NCBI GenBank assembly: GCA_022778805.1 | Contig: JALFSN010000006.1 | Coordinates: 153,008-217,007, forward strand | Source: Arcanobacterium sp. | GTDB lineage: Bacteria; Actinomycetota; Actinomycetes; Actinomycetales; Actinomycetaceae | Direction of reading: 5' to 3' | DNA: 64,000 bases | In this document: positions 29,001 to 37,360 of the stretch, one piece after another | Layout of the letters: every line of letters begins with the position of its first letter | Position numbering within the stretch: the stretch's first letter is position 1 | The notes under the pieces: model-generated | Database searches by the model: none | The model's input: only the letters and a program-made list of their open reading frames with translations | What the model was told of the DNA's origin: nothing | Program-made: the position numbers and the translations under genes

Positions 29001-31236
29001 TCCAGCCCTCAAAGTCCACAATGTTGGCATTGCCAAGCATCGGATCTGGATTGAAGGTATCGCGGTAGGAGTTCTCAACGTAGCGGATCAGCTTTGAATT
29101 GAGACCTTTATTGCCGGTGCCGCCGTAATTTTCATCAGTTGCCCAGTGAGACCAGGTAGACACCTGCGGCATGGAATAAGCCCATTCCGAACCTAAACGC
29201 CAGCCCTGCTTTTGCATCTCAGAAGAGAAACGCTGAGCCTGCCAACCGCTCTTGTAGTAGACGTCCCAGTAGAGCCAGTTCATATTTGAATCGACAGGGA
29301 AATCCGCGCGGAGCTGTTCCAGCCGCTTGAGCACATTGCCCGTAGCCAGATCTTTCTCCGCATTCATGTAGTAAGCCTGATTCATCCAGCCCCATGCTTT
29401 GCCAGGTGGAAGATCGACTTCGCAGGGAGCGGCAACGCCAGAGACGGTCATATTGTTGGCATCGGCAAAGCAGTTCGCCTCAGAGTAGCTCTCAGTGGCG
29501 TTCACGTGGATACCGAACGTCGCATTCCAGTTCTTGCCTTCAGATACCAGGGTGCGCATATCTTTCAAGCCACCGGCGCGCTCATTATAGTTGCCGCCGT
29601 AATCTCCTTGCGCTGAATCGTGCCCCTCAGCTTGATAGCCCTTGAGCAGCACTTCTTGGCCAAGATTGTCAGTCGCCAGCGAGATACGTTTCGTATCGTC
29701 GAGCGTGCGCAAGAACGGGTGCGTAGCCTGAGAGACGATATTGAACGGAATCCTCATCACCACGTAGTTCTTCACGTCGTCACGGCCATTAGCGGGCGTG
29801 AGCACACTGCGAGTGGCAGTGGCGCCATCTTGCCAGTCCACCTTGGAATCCCCGTTGGCATCTGCCACGATTTTGACTTTCACCATCGGGTCAGGATCGA
29901 CGCCGATACCTGAGCCGTCATCGTACTGCGCCACCGAAGGAGAGCGGTACACCCACCACGCGGGGGATACCGTACCGACATTTTGCCCATCTACTGCTGA
30001 TACTTTGTAACTAAACCGAGCATCTTCAGAGTTCTGTCCGCCCGCACTCGCAATAGCGTTCGTCTCAAAGCCGGCAGCCAGATCAGAATTCGAGGCCGTG
30101 ACCATAAACGCATTGCCAGACGTAGCACGAGAAGTGCGGACGTTGATCGCCGTATCGCCAGACTGGGCACGGTTAGTAGCAATACGCGCCGCATAAATAT
30201 TAGCGGCAGCATCTTTGCCATTCACTGAGACAAGATCCAGCCCTGGAATCGCAATAGTGCGTATCACGGCGTTAGGATCGGTGATCTGCGTAAGAGTGTA
30301 GGTGAGAGTTCCATCTTTCACCGACAGCACAGCCTTCATCGTGACGCCAGAAAGATCGGTGACGGTGAGCGGATAACTAACGCTAGAAGAATCGTCAGAG
30401 ACCTGCACATTCCCAACGGTGACGCCGTGGGCGGTGCCATTAATAGTGATCTGGTTGAGAGCCTCACCATACTTACCGGCGAGCTGCTTCCCAGAAAAAC
30501 GATAATCCACGACTTGGGGGAAATTGGGATGCGTGCGCACCTGCAACACCCCATCAGTGATTTCGTGGGCACCATCTGGCACCGTAATAGCGGGGCCATC
30601 GGCCACTGGGGGATCCGGAACTTCCGTGGTCACTACCGTGGAGGCGTTAAATTCCGCAAGCGAACCGACGGTTTCAGAGGAAGAATTTCCTCCCCAGGTG
30701 CTCTTATAGGTCACTTTGATACACCGAGCTGGCGTGGGATTGAAATCGATATTCGTATCGGCGAGATTTGCTGCATCGTAGGCGGTGCCAGCGGGGATTG
30801 TGCCCGTTGCCACGTCGGTATATTCAACGGTAGTGGCAGTATCAGCAGCTGCACACGCCTCGTCGCGCGAGACGGCGACTGCATATTCACCCACGCGGCC
30901 AGAACCATTGGAAGATTGGCGTGGCGTGAGCGTCACCCGGCCAACGTCCGCCTTTTCTTCACCAAGGTCAATAATGAACCAGTGCGGCAGCGGATCGCTT
31001 CCTCCGCTCCACTTCGTATGCCAATAGCTCGTCTTATCGCCGTCAAGTACTTTCGCGATAGGGCCGTTCGCGCCCTCGCCAGTAGTCTCAACGGAATCAG
31101 CCGCCACCGCCGTCATACCCGCCTGTGGAATGGGCGTGTATTCCTTGTGGGTAGCGGCATGCGCCACAGGCGTTATACCTGCGAGCGAGATGAGTGTACA
31201 CGCAGCAACTGCCCCACTCCATCTTCCTGGACGCAT
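26065..31236 (-). CDS. Cell-wall-anchored endo-alpha-N-acetylgalactosaminidase (GH101) with F5/8 type C (CBM32-like) modules
   Basis: 1723 aa. Signal peptide (ISLAGITPVAHA). Discoidin motifs (DGDKTSYWHTKWSGG and DDNAATYWHTAWSTG). GH101 core (VLLKGYQAEGHDSAQGDYGG...ATFGIHVNATESYSEA). C-terminal LPETG plus hydrophobic stretch plus RRKHKAKA sortase signal. AAGGAG RBS. Confidence 0.85.
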   Translation of the reverse strand: MRPGRWSGAVAACTLISLAGITPVAHAATHKEYTPIPQAGMTAVAADSVETTGEGANGPIAKVLDGDKTSYWHTKWSGGSDPLPHWFIIDLGEEKADVGRVTLTPRQSSNGSGRVGEYAVAVSRDEACAAADTATTVEYTDVATGTIPAGTAYDAANLADTNIDFNPTPARCIKVTYKSTWGGNSSSETVGSLAEFNASTVVTTEVPDPPVADGPAITVPDGAHEITDGVLQVRTHPNFPQVVDYRFSGKQLAGKYGEALNQITINGTAHGVTVGNVQVSDDSSSVSYPLTVTDLSGVTMKAVLSVKDGTLTYTLTQITDPNAVIRTIAIPGLDLVSVNGKDAAANIYAARIATNRAQSGDTAINVRTSRATSGNAFMVTASNSDLAAGFETNAIASAGGQNSEDARFSYKVSAVDGQNVGTVSPAWWVYRSPSVAQYDDGSGIGVDPDPMVKVKIVADANGDSKVDWQDGATATRSVLTPANGRDDVKNYVVMRIPFNIVSQATHPFLRTLDDTKRISLATDNLGQEVLLKGYQAEGHDSAQGDYGGNYNERAGGLKDMRTLVSEGKNWNATFGIHVNATESYSEANCFADANNMTVSGVAAPCEVDLPPGKAWGWMNQAYYMNAEKDLATGNVLKRLEQLRADFPVDSNMNWLYWDVYYKSGWQAQRFSSEMQKQGWRLGSEWAYSMPQVSTWSHWATDENYGGTGNKGLNSKLIRYVENSYRDTFNPDPMLGNANIVDFEGWTGHVNYNDFIRNVWERNLPVKFLQQSNIRTWENGEITFENGTSVTSSQTSIAGNVAPVNRTITYDGATVFKDGGSYLLPWKDGGTDRLYYWNPGNGEQSWELTDHFKQAGSLTMYKLTDTGREKVADIAVNDGSVSLPATDARTAYVLYPSNALPTAQNPQWGQASGITDPGFFSESLKSYKTAGTVTIEQSDRNNAFAQLGAGAASLEQTIAVKPGSYSAWAWVEIQPGKTREVKVSVSGDGVTPAPAQAGKAGEAVTTIHSSSALNATASDEKLRTYYQRVPVHFTTTGTAVTFKVAAAAGEAVVGVDDLRIVERATPAHEGDVADTITFEDFESVDTGYYPFVTGRADAGGDARTQLAKLHAPFSQSGWYGIVNDSRNGIEGQKYLDNVLDGKWSLLAHQENRGTILRTTEGSVPLAYGHTYKLSFDYQAAYDGDYSIIVGHDEANGNGWSEKTDKAWPLAAARGTGWVNGNEKGTGTAAFEKFFAVTADAPAFIGVVKSGGQSQGDLVIDNFRVVDLGVQPVVSIEGSPQVVGDSDTATIMLTTTVTLPEGTATDVKHSIAVPEGWTLEPVTKAGDLVSGSKDGNVDSVATWKLTMPAGASAADVTFKATWTNAAGEPGEGTDTLTVNPASFPQRDLFKGHDDLEVVSVDSEEATGEPEPNGHAAAAIDDNAATYWHTAWSTGDKPYPHEIVIKVKPCVGTECTLNGLEYTQRQGAENGRAKGYKIYVSQDGVSWGDPVAEGNFSADLTPQFIPFGAVNAAYVKLVETSPLGAGKAWGGAAEIRIGGTVLSAAVQTVDKVAAPQASDPAQCAVKPFVTIPATEGVVYYIGDEAVSAGVFTYEWGGSMTVTAKAAAGYKLAEGVQSVWTFNAGERPADCDKSIPWTPLVPATPIPGAGTGEPGAGTVTPGTGGSEKPGAGVPTLPKAQEPSLDASPLTGKDLPETGSTVAVATLLSIALIGAGAFAVRRKHKAKA

Positions 31237-31764
31237 CCTTGCTCCTTACTATGATTGCCATTATGGATTGCAGCAAAGGCTGCAGAGCAGGCGGGTACAC
31301 AGCACCCACGTGCACGCAAACTCAAACGGACTAAAGCTGCTGCCGCTCTCCTGTAGCTTCCTCGCGAAACAGGGGAAACGGCGAGATAGCCCTCACTGTG
31401 CTCGACTATGCTTGAACCTTCAGTGCTCGAACCTTTGCCGTCAGTACCAAAACAGTACTTTTTCAGTGTATTCCAAGGATCGGAATGTAGAAAGGTATTT
31501 CAGTCCATTCCCTACGGGAGCCCTTGCAGGAGCCTTAAAAAGTGGCAATATCACTCTTTTAGCGTGCGCGTTAGCTCACATTATTGGTCAGTCACATGAG
31601 CAGGTTCGGGAGGCAATAGCAGCCGTTTCGCTGGCGAGTAGTTTTACTGGCGACACGCCTCTTGCTAGCAACACCCCCCCCCGATCATTTTCTACCCCAC
31701 TTGAGATAAACTGCGTGTATAAAGACTGAGACAAACGGAAACAGCGCCTGCGGAGGATTGAACT

Positions 31765-32805
31765 ATGAGCATTGAAGTGGTGAACATACGGAAACGGTTT
31801 GGCTCCACCCAGGCTCTGGACGGCATGAGCTTCACCGTACACTCTGGCAAACTCTTTGGCTTTGTCGGCTCCAACGGCGCCGGAAAAACCACGACCATGC
31901 GTATTATCCTCGGCGTACTGGAACCTGATTCAGGCGACGTGCTCAGCGACGGGGCGCCGCTCACGTTCACGGATCGGCAGAATTTTGGATATATGCCGGA
32001 AGAGCGTGGCCTCTACCCCAAGATGAACGTGGGAGAACAGCTCATTTATCTAGCTCGTCTGCATGGACTGAGCAAAGATGAGGCCACATCTAAAATGAAA
32101 CTGTGGACCGAGCGGCTCGGCATCGCTCAGCGTCGTAACGACCCTGTGCAGACGCTCTCGCTGGGCAATCAGCAACGAGTACAGCTCGCTGCTGCCCTCA
32201 TTCACGAACCACAGGTGATGATTCTCGACGAGCCTTTCTCTGGCCTTGATCCGCTCGCCGTAGCGGACATGAGCGCCGTCCTCAAAGAAAAAGTCGAGCA
32301 GGGATCTATCGTACTTTTCTCCTCTCACCAGCTCGATCTAGTCGAACGGCTGTGCGACGAAGTGGGAATCTGCTCCCAGGGGAAGATCGTAGCAAAAGGC
32401 ACCATTGATGAACTGCGCACCACAGCAGACACCTATTACGACGTCACGACTGGAGAAGACTCTCGGCTGCTAGCTGGCTATCTCAGCGGGACGGCTCTGC
32501 GGGCAGACGACGCTACTGCCCAGACGCGGCAGCTTCCCCATCTGGAGACGCAGATACTCGACTCACATTCACTGAGAGTTAAGCTCCCTGCCAATATCAA
32601 CGATCAGAATCTCTTGCGGGCAGCTCTGGACGTCGGCACTGTGCACGGCTTCGAGCGCTTCCGCCCACATCTGAACGAACTCTTTGCAAACGTCGTGAGC
32701 ACCGCGCCCGCCCCCCAACCCGCAGAAGTTCAGACACCAAAACGGCGATTTCTCATAGGCCGGCACGCCGCCGCTACGCCACTCTCAACCAGCCAGGAGG
32801 CATAG
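31765..32805 (+). CDS. ABC transporter ATP-binding protein (ABC-2 / NatA-like)
   Basis: 346 aa with Walker A GSNGAGKTT, signature LSLGNQQRV and Walker B MILDEPFSGLD. GGAGGA RBS. Confidence 0.9.
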   Translation: MSIEVVNIRKRFGSTQALDGMSFTVHSGKLFGFVGSNGAGKTTTMRIILGVLEPDSGDVLSDGAPLTFTDRQNFGYMPEERGLYPKMNVGEQLIYLARLHGLSKDEATSKMKLWTERLGIAQRRNDPVQTLSLGNQQRVQLAAALIHEPQVMILDEPFSGLDPLAVADMSAVLKEKVEQGSIVLFSSHQLDLVERLCDEVGICSQGKIVAKGTIDELRTTADTYYDVTTGEDSRLLAGYLSGTALRADDATAQTRQLPHLETQILDSHSLRVKLPANINDQNLLRAALDVGTVHGFERFRPHLNELFANVVSTAPAPQPAEVQTPKRRFLIGRHAAATPLSTSQEA

Positions 32806-32807
32806 AC

Positions 32808-34052
32808 ATGGTCGCTCTCGTCGCCAAACGCGAATTCTCCGTACTCTTTCATTCCAAAGCACATCGCATCGCCATTATCGGACTCGCAGCTTTGATTCTC
32901 CTCGGCGGAGTCGCGGTGCGTTTTCTCATGCATACTGACGTTTTCGACGATTTCACTACTCCGCCCTCCGTGACGGTGGGCGTGGAAAAACAAATGTCTG
33001 AATACTCTAGCGCTTTTCCAGCCACCACTAGTGTTGAGGCGATACCGCACGGCGGAAGCGAGCAGTGGATTAAAGACCAAGTGGCTGCAGTCGAGAGTGG
33101 AGAGAGTAAAGCTGCTGACGGCACCATATTCCTGGCTTTAGGTGGTACCGCTGAAGCGCCACTGATTTTCACCTCGGAAAGTGCCATGGGCTCCAGCTTC
33201 GCAGGTGTGGCACGCGACTTCACCACGCAGGGGATCGTCACGGCTACCGTCGAGAAAATGCTGGACGCTCCACTCACGAGTGCGCAGCACGCACAGTTAG
33301 AGCAGGCCTTTAACGCTACCGTCGTGCCAGTGAAAGCAGGAAAAGCTAACTCACTTGAGAACAATCCAGTGGGCTATCTGGTGGGCACATGCACGCTGAT
33401 GCTGCTCTTTTTCGCGGTGGTAATAGGCACTAGCACAATCTCTCAAGGAGTCGTGGAAGAAAAATCTTCGCGGGTGGTAGAGATCCTGGTCAGCACGGTA
33501 CGCCCGCGCAAACTGCTTCTCGGGAAAATCCTCGGCATTGGAGCGTTCGTGATTGTGGAGCTCGCAATTTGGATGCTCAGCGCCCTGTGTGCGCTACTCA
33601 TAAGCAGCGTGCCCATCCCCGCGATACAGCTAGGCTCCCTCTTTATCTGGGCGTTCATATGGGTGATTGTAGGATTCTTTATTTTCGCCACTCTCATTGG
33701 CGGAATAGCTGCCATGGTATCGCGGCAGGAAGATCTCGGAGCCGTGCAGACTCCCGTGATCTTTGGAATGCTCATCCCTTTCTATCTGGCGATTTTCCTA
33801 GTACCTCGGCAGCCCGACTCTATTTATACCGTGGTGCTTTCGCTCATTCCAGGATTTTCCAGCTTCATGATGCCTATGCGCCAAGGCATCGGCGGCGTGC
33901 CAGCGTGGCAGCTCGCTCTCGCTCTTGTGCTGGCGGTGGCATCCATCCCCGTATTTGCCGCCCTCGCTGGCCGCATCTACCACAACTCCATCCTGCGCAT
34001 GGGCAAGCGAGTGTCGTTTAAGCAGGCGCTGGGACGCGAGCGCTCCGAATAG
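32808..34052 (+). CDS. ABC-2 type transporter permease (NatB-like)
   Basis: 414 aa with an N-terminal TM, a large extracytoplasmic loop and a C-terminal 5-TM bundle. It starts 3 nt after the ATPase stop. Confidence 0.8.
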   Translation: MVALVAKREFSVLFHSKAHRIAIIGLAALILLGGVAVRFLMHTDVFDDFTTPPSVTVGVEKQMSEYSSAFPATTSVEAIPHGGSEQWIKDQVAAVESGESKAADGTIFLALGGTAEAPLIFTSESAMGSSFAGVARDFTTQGIVTATVEKMLDAPLTSAQHAQLEQAFNATVVPVKAGKANSLENNPVGYLVGTCTLMLLFFAVVIGTSTISQGVVEEKSSRVVEILVSTVRPRKLLLGKILGIGAFVIVELAIWMLSALCALLISSVPIPAIQLGSLFIWAFIWVIVGFFIFATLIGGIAAMVSRQEDLGAVQTPVIFGMLIPFYLAIFLVPRQPDSIYTVVLSLIPGFSSFMMPMRQGIGGVPAWQLALALVLAVASIPVFAALAGRIYHNSILRMGKRVSFKQALGRERSE

Positions 34053-34168
34053 TTCTGGCGTGGGCCGCCCAGCACATGCTTTAGACACCGCTGTATGTGC
34101 CAGCACGCGACGGGCGTATGATGGACGGCGAACCGCTGCGCATGCCTGTGCACATGCTGCCGCCCGAA

Positions 34169-34753
34169 TCACTGCATGTGCTGCGCCATATCGAGATCAG
34201 CAAGCATTGAGCGCAAAAACGCCGTGACAATGGCAATATCGTGCGGCTCATATGGATCAAGCAATTCCCGTTGCTTTTCCAGCAGCGCCGCCATCGCTTC
34301 ATCGGCAATCGAGATGCCTTTCTCTGTTGCCTGCACAATGACGACGCGTCCATCTCGGGGATCTCGGACGCGCTGCACTAGCCCTTGGTTTTCGAGCCTA
34401 TCAATACGATTAGTGATTGTGCCCGATGAGACGAGCGTCTTTTGCATGAGCTGGCCGGCAGTGAGCTGGCGATTAGGTTTCCGGCGCAGCTCCGTAATCA
34501 TTTCAAACTGCCAGTTCTCCAAGCCGTACTGCGCAAATACTGTGCGCCGCAGATGGTCGATATGCCGCCCTAATCGCAGTAGCCGTGAAAAGACAGCCAA
34601 TGGACGAGCATCAAAATCTGGGCGCTGTGCTTCCCACTCAGTGACGATCGAATCGACGTCGTCACCCTCGGTCATTGCCCTCACTGCACTGTGAAGATCG
34701 CGCTTCATTGGTCTCACGCCCAGTGGTTCCTCATCTGAATGGTGTAGTTTCAC
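34169..34753 (-). CDS. MarR family transcriptional regulator
   Basis: 194 aa with a winged helix (LTAGQLMQKTLVSSGTITNRIDRLENQGLVQRVRDPRDGRVV). The start is uncertain: GTG 34753 or ATG 34708. Confidence 0.85.
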   Translation of the reverse strand: MKLHHSDEEPLGVRPMKRDLHSAVRAMTEGDDVDSIVTEWEAQRPDFDARPLAVFSRLLRLGRHIDHLRRTVFAQYGLENWQFEMITELRRKPNRQLTAGQLMQKTLVSSGTITNRIDRLENQGLVQRVRDPRDGRVVIVQATEKGISIADEAMAALLEKQRELLDPYEPHDIAIVTAFLRSMLADLDMAQHMQ

Positions 34754-34765
34754 ATCCCCATGTTA

Positions 34766-34777
34766 CTTGACATCAAG
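34766..34777. promoter_or_regulatory. Inverted repeat CTTGA-CA-TCAAG upstream of the MarR gene (candidate operator)
   Basis: 5+5 bp palindrome 13 bp upstream of the first possible start of the MarR ORF. Confidence 0.3.
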
Positions 34778-34894
34778 ATAGTGTGGAAAAAGTCGCCAGA
34801 ATTAAAGATGCGTCAGAATTAATCAGAATTAAGATGTGCGCTGCTAGCAGCGTCGTAGCACCCTCTGTATCTGAGTGCTGCTCATGAGCACTGC

Positions 34895-36184
34895 TCACAC
34901 GTGCCACTCATGCGCATGAGCGCGCATCGGATATTCATCGCGCACTTCCACTACCCGCGCGCCCTCTGCGGGGCCGTGAGCGGCTATAGCCATCAGCTCA
35001 GGAAAGCGGCAATCCAACTCGGCTGCTAGCGCAGTTGCATCCGCCGGAGCACACAGCACGGCCAGCGTAGGCCCTGAACCAGAGAGAATAACGCCGAAAA
35101 TCGGCGCCAACGTGGACCCGTTGGGAGTGGCTGCCGTCTTCTGGCTGGCTGCAGCATGCGTGCTCCACGTGCCTTCACGCTCGCCTTGTCCTCTGCGCTT
35201 GTCTGCGCTCCCTTTGCTTCTGCGCTCGCCCTCGCGTCCTTTGTTTCCGCACTCATCCTTGCTCCCGCGTGAATCATGTGCCATAGCACGCAGCTGCTCG
35301 ATTATCCGCTCTAAATCTGGGCGCAGCGCAAATGCCGGAGCCTCCAAATCATTAACCATCAAGGAGCCCAGACGTTCGAGACTGCCAGCATCATTGCCAA
35401 AATGATGAGCAGCATTGCCGTCAGCATTGCCACTAAGGCGAGCGCCGGTATGGGCATCAGCACAGCCGCTGGCAGAGACGCCAGCACAAGTATCGGCGCT
35501 GCCTCTCTTCTCGTCAGCGCTGATCGTGGCTGCCGCATCAGTGAGTACGTCTCGCAGCTCCTGGGTGCTAGTAGGCGCGCCATGTGATAGCGGCTCAGCG
35601 CTTGGCAGCATCATGGCATCAAAGTGGCGAAATACGGCGGGAGTAGAGAGACCGCGCGGATTGGTGAGCATCACGAATCCATGCCTGGCATTCGTTGGCA
35701 CTGCGCTGAGGTACTCGCCGCGTCCGGTGCCGTGAGCCACTCCGCCCATGAGTGCAAAGGGCACATCTGAACCGAGCCGCGCGCCAATCGTAGCCAGCTC
35801 CTGAGCGTCCAACCCCACCTGCCACAGCTCATTTAAGCCCACCAAAGTGGCGGCTGCATCAGCGGACCCTCCAGCCATGCCCCCTGCAATGGGGATGTGC
35901 TTCGCAATGCGCATTTTCGCTCCGTGGCTCACGCCGCATTCTCTGCGCAGCTCACGAGCTGCGCGAATCGCCAGATTGCTGGCATCCACGGGCAGCGAAC
36001 TGCCCAATCCAGGTGCAAACGTGAGGGCAATGTCTCCGCTCGGATCATCCCACGCCTCAAACTCCTCATAGAGATCGAGCGCTTCAAAGACCGTATCCAG
36101 CGGATGAAAGCCGTCACTTCGCGCAGCCCCCACCCGCAGAGCAAGATTCACTTTCGCCGGAGCTATTGCTTTCACGTATCGCAT
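34895..36184 (-). CDS. ispE: 4-(cytidine 5'-diphospho)-2-C-methyl-D-erythritol kinase with large low-complexity insertions
   Basis: 429 aa. GHMP kinase motifs (KHIPIAGGMAGGSADAAATL) and an IspE N-terminus (APAKVNLALRVG). Roughly 120 extra residues rich in A/G/D/R/E lie before the C-terminal SGSGPT motif. Confidence 0.85.
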   Translation of the reverse strand: MRYVKAIAPAKVNLALRVGAARSDGFHPLDTVFEALDLYEEFEAWDDPSGDIALTFAPGLGSSLPVDASNLAIRAARELRRECGVSHGAKMRIAKHIPIAGGMAGGSADAAATLVGLNELWQVGLDAQELATIGARLGSDVPFALMGGVAHGTGRGEYLSAVPTNARHGFVMLTNPRGLSTPAVFRHFDAMMLPSAEPLSHGAPTSTQELRDVLTDAAATISADEKRGSADTCAGVSASGCADAHTGARLSGNADGNAAHHFGNDAGSLERLGSLMVNDLEAPAFALRPDLERIIEQLRAMAHDSRGSKDECGNKGREGERRSKGSADKRRGQGEREGTWSTHAAASQKTAATPNGSTLAPIFGVILSGSGPTLAVLCAPADATALAAELDCRFPELMAIAAHGPAEGARVVEVRDEYPMRAHAHEWHV

Positions 36185-36193
36185 GATCTCAGT

Positions 36194-37294
36194 CTAGTGG
36201 TTAGCGGCACCGATATCGTCACGTGCCCCTGCTATTGCAGCAAAATCTGCCAGCTCCAATTTTTCTGCACGCGCACCAGGGTCAACACCCGCCCGCCGCA
36301 GTATCTGCTCTGCCTGGGCAGGAGAGCCAGCCCAGGATGCTAGCGCGCTGCGCAGAGTTTTCCGCCGCTGTGAAAATCCGGCGTCGATGACGGCGAAAAC
36401 GCGCTCTCGCGAGACTTCCGCGCCCTGATCTGCTCGGCGTGCGGCGTCACGCACATCCATGTGTACCAGCGCGGAGTCCACATTAGGAATTGGCCAAAAA
36501 ACGGTGCGTGCGATCTTCGCGCCGCGCCACGCCTGCCCGTACCAGGAGAGCTTCACGCTCGGAACGCCATAGACTTTTGAGCCTGGCTGAGCTACAAGCC
36601 GATCAGCCACCTCAGCTTGCACCATCACCGTCACGTGCCGCACCGACGGCAACGCCGCCAGCAGCGTCAAGAGGATTGGCACGGCTACGTTGTAGGGCAA
36701 ATTGGCCACCAAGAATTCTGGCTCAAATACGGCATCTAAGCGCTTGTCTCTGCGGGCAGCGCCGTACTGCTCACCCCCAGCAGTATCGGAGTACTCACCC
36801 TCAGCGGGGCCGTGTTGCGCACTGCCAGCGTCACTATCACTAGTGCTACTATCACCGGTTGCCATGCGTGACGCCGCTGGCGGTACGGCGAGCTGCTGTG
36901 GCCGCGCGATACTCAGCGCGTCCGCCGTCAGCACAGCTAAACGCGGCATGGCATCAGGCTGATGCGTATTCACCGTCTGCGGCAAAGCGGCGGCGAGCAC
37001 CGGATCAATTTCCACAGCCGAGACGACGGCTCCAACTTCCAGCAATGCCAAAGTGAGCGAGCCCAACCCTGGCCCCACCTCAAGCACCTTAGATCCCTCG
37101 CTCACGTGCGCGTCACGCACGATTTTGCGCACGGTCGCACCGTCATGCACAAAATTTTGCCCCAGTTTCTTCGTGGGGCTCACGCCCACAGCGCGCGCAA
37201 TCGCCCGAATATCAGCTGGCCCAAGCAGCGCTGGGGCAGAGACATCGCGTTCTGGCGCATCAGAGCGCACAGCTAAGGAATCGTTTTGGTTCAC
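36194..37294 (-). CDS. rsmA: 16S rRNA (adenine1518-N6/adenine1519-N6)-dimethyltransferase
   Basis: 366 aa with a SAM-binding motif ([12 protein letters not shown]) and a KsgA N-terminus (LGQNFVHD). An internal low-complexity insertion is present. GTG start. Confidence 0.9.
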   Translation of the reverse strand: MNQNDSLAVRSDAPERDVSAPALLGPADIRAIARAVGVSPTKKLGQNFVHDGATVRKIVRDAHVSEGSKVLEVGPGLGSLTLALLEVGAVVSAVEIDPVLAAALPQTVNTHQPDAMPRLAVLTADALSIARPQQLAVPPAASRMATGDSSTSDSDAGSAQHGPAEGEYSDTAGGEQYGAARRDKRLDAVFEPEFLVANLPYNVAVPILLTLLAALPSVRHVTVMVQAEVADRLVAQPGSKVYGVPSVKLSWYGQAWRGAKIARTVFWPIPNVDSALVHMDVRDAARRADQGAEVSRERVFAVIDAGFSQRRKTLRSALASWAGSPAQAEQILRRAGVDPGARAEKLELADFAAIAGARDDIGAANH

Positions 37295-37360
37295 AGCGCT
37301 ATCGTAGCGTCAGCAAGTGGGGGGAGCAGAATTAGTACGGCACAGAATCAGTGCGGGCAC

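Noticed and set aside
26209-31254. Several long plus-strand ORFs (346 aa, 275 aa, 189 aa and others) inside the GH101 gene
   Set aside because: They are antisense shadow ORFs of a 1723-aa gene with strong family motifs. Their translations are Arg/Ser/Gly-rich with no domain signatures.
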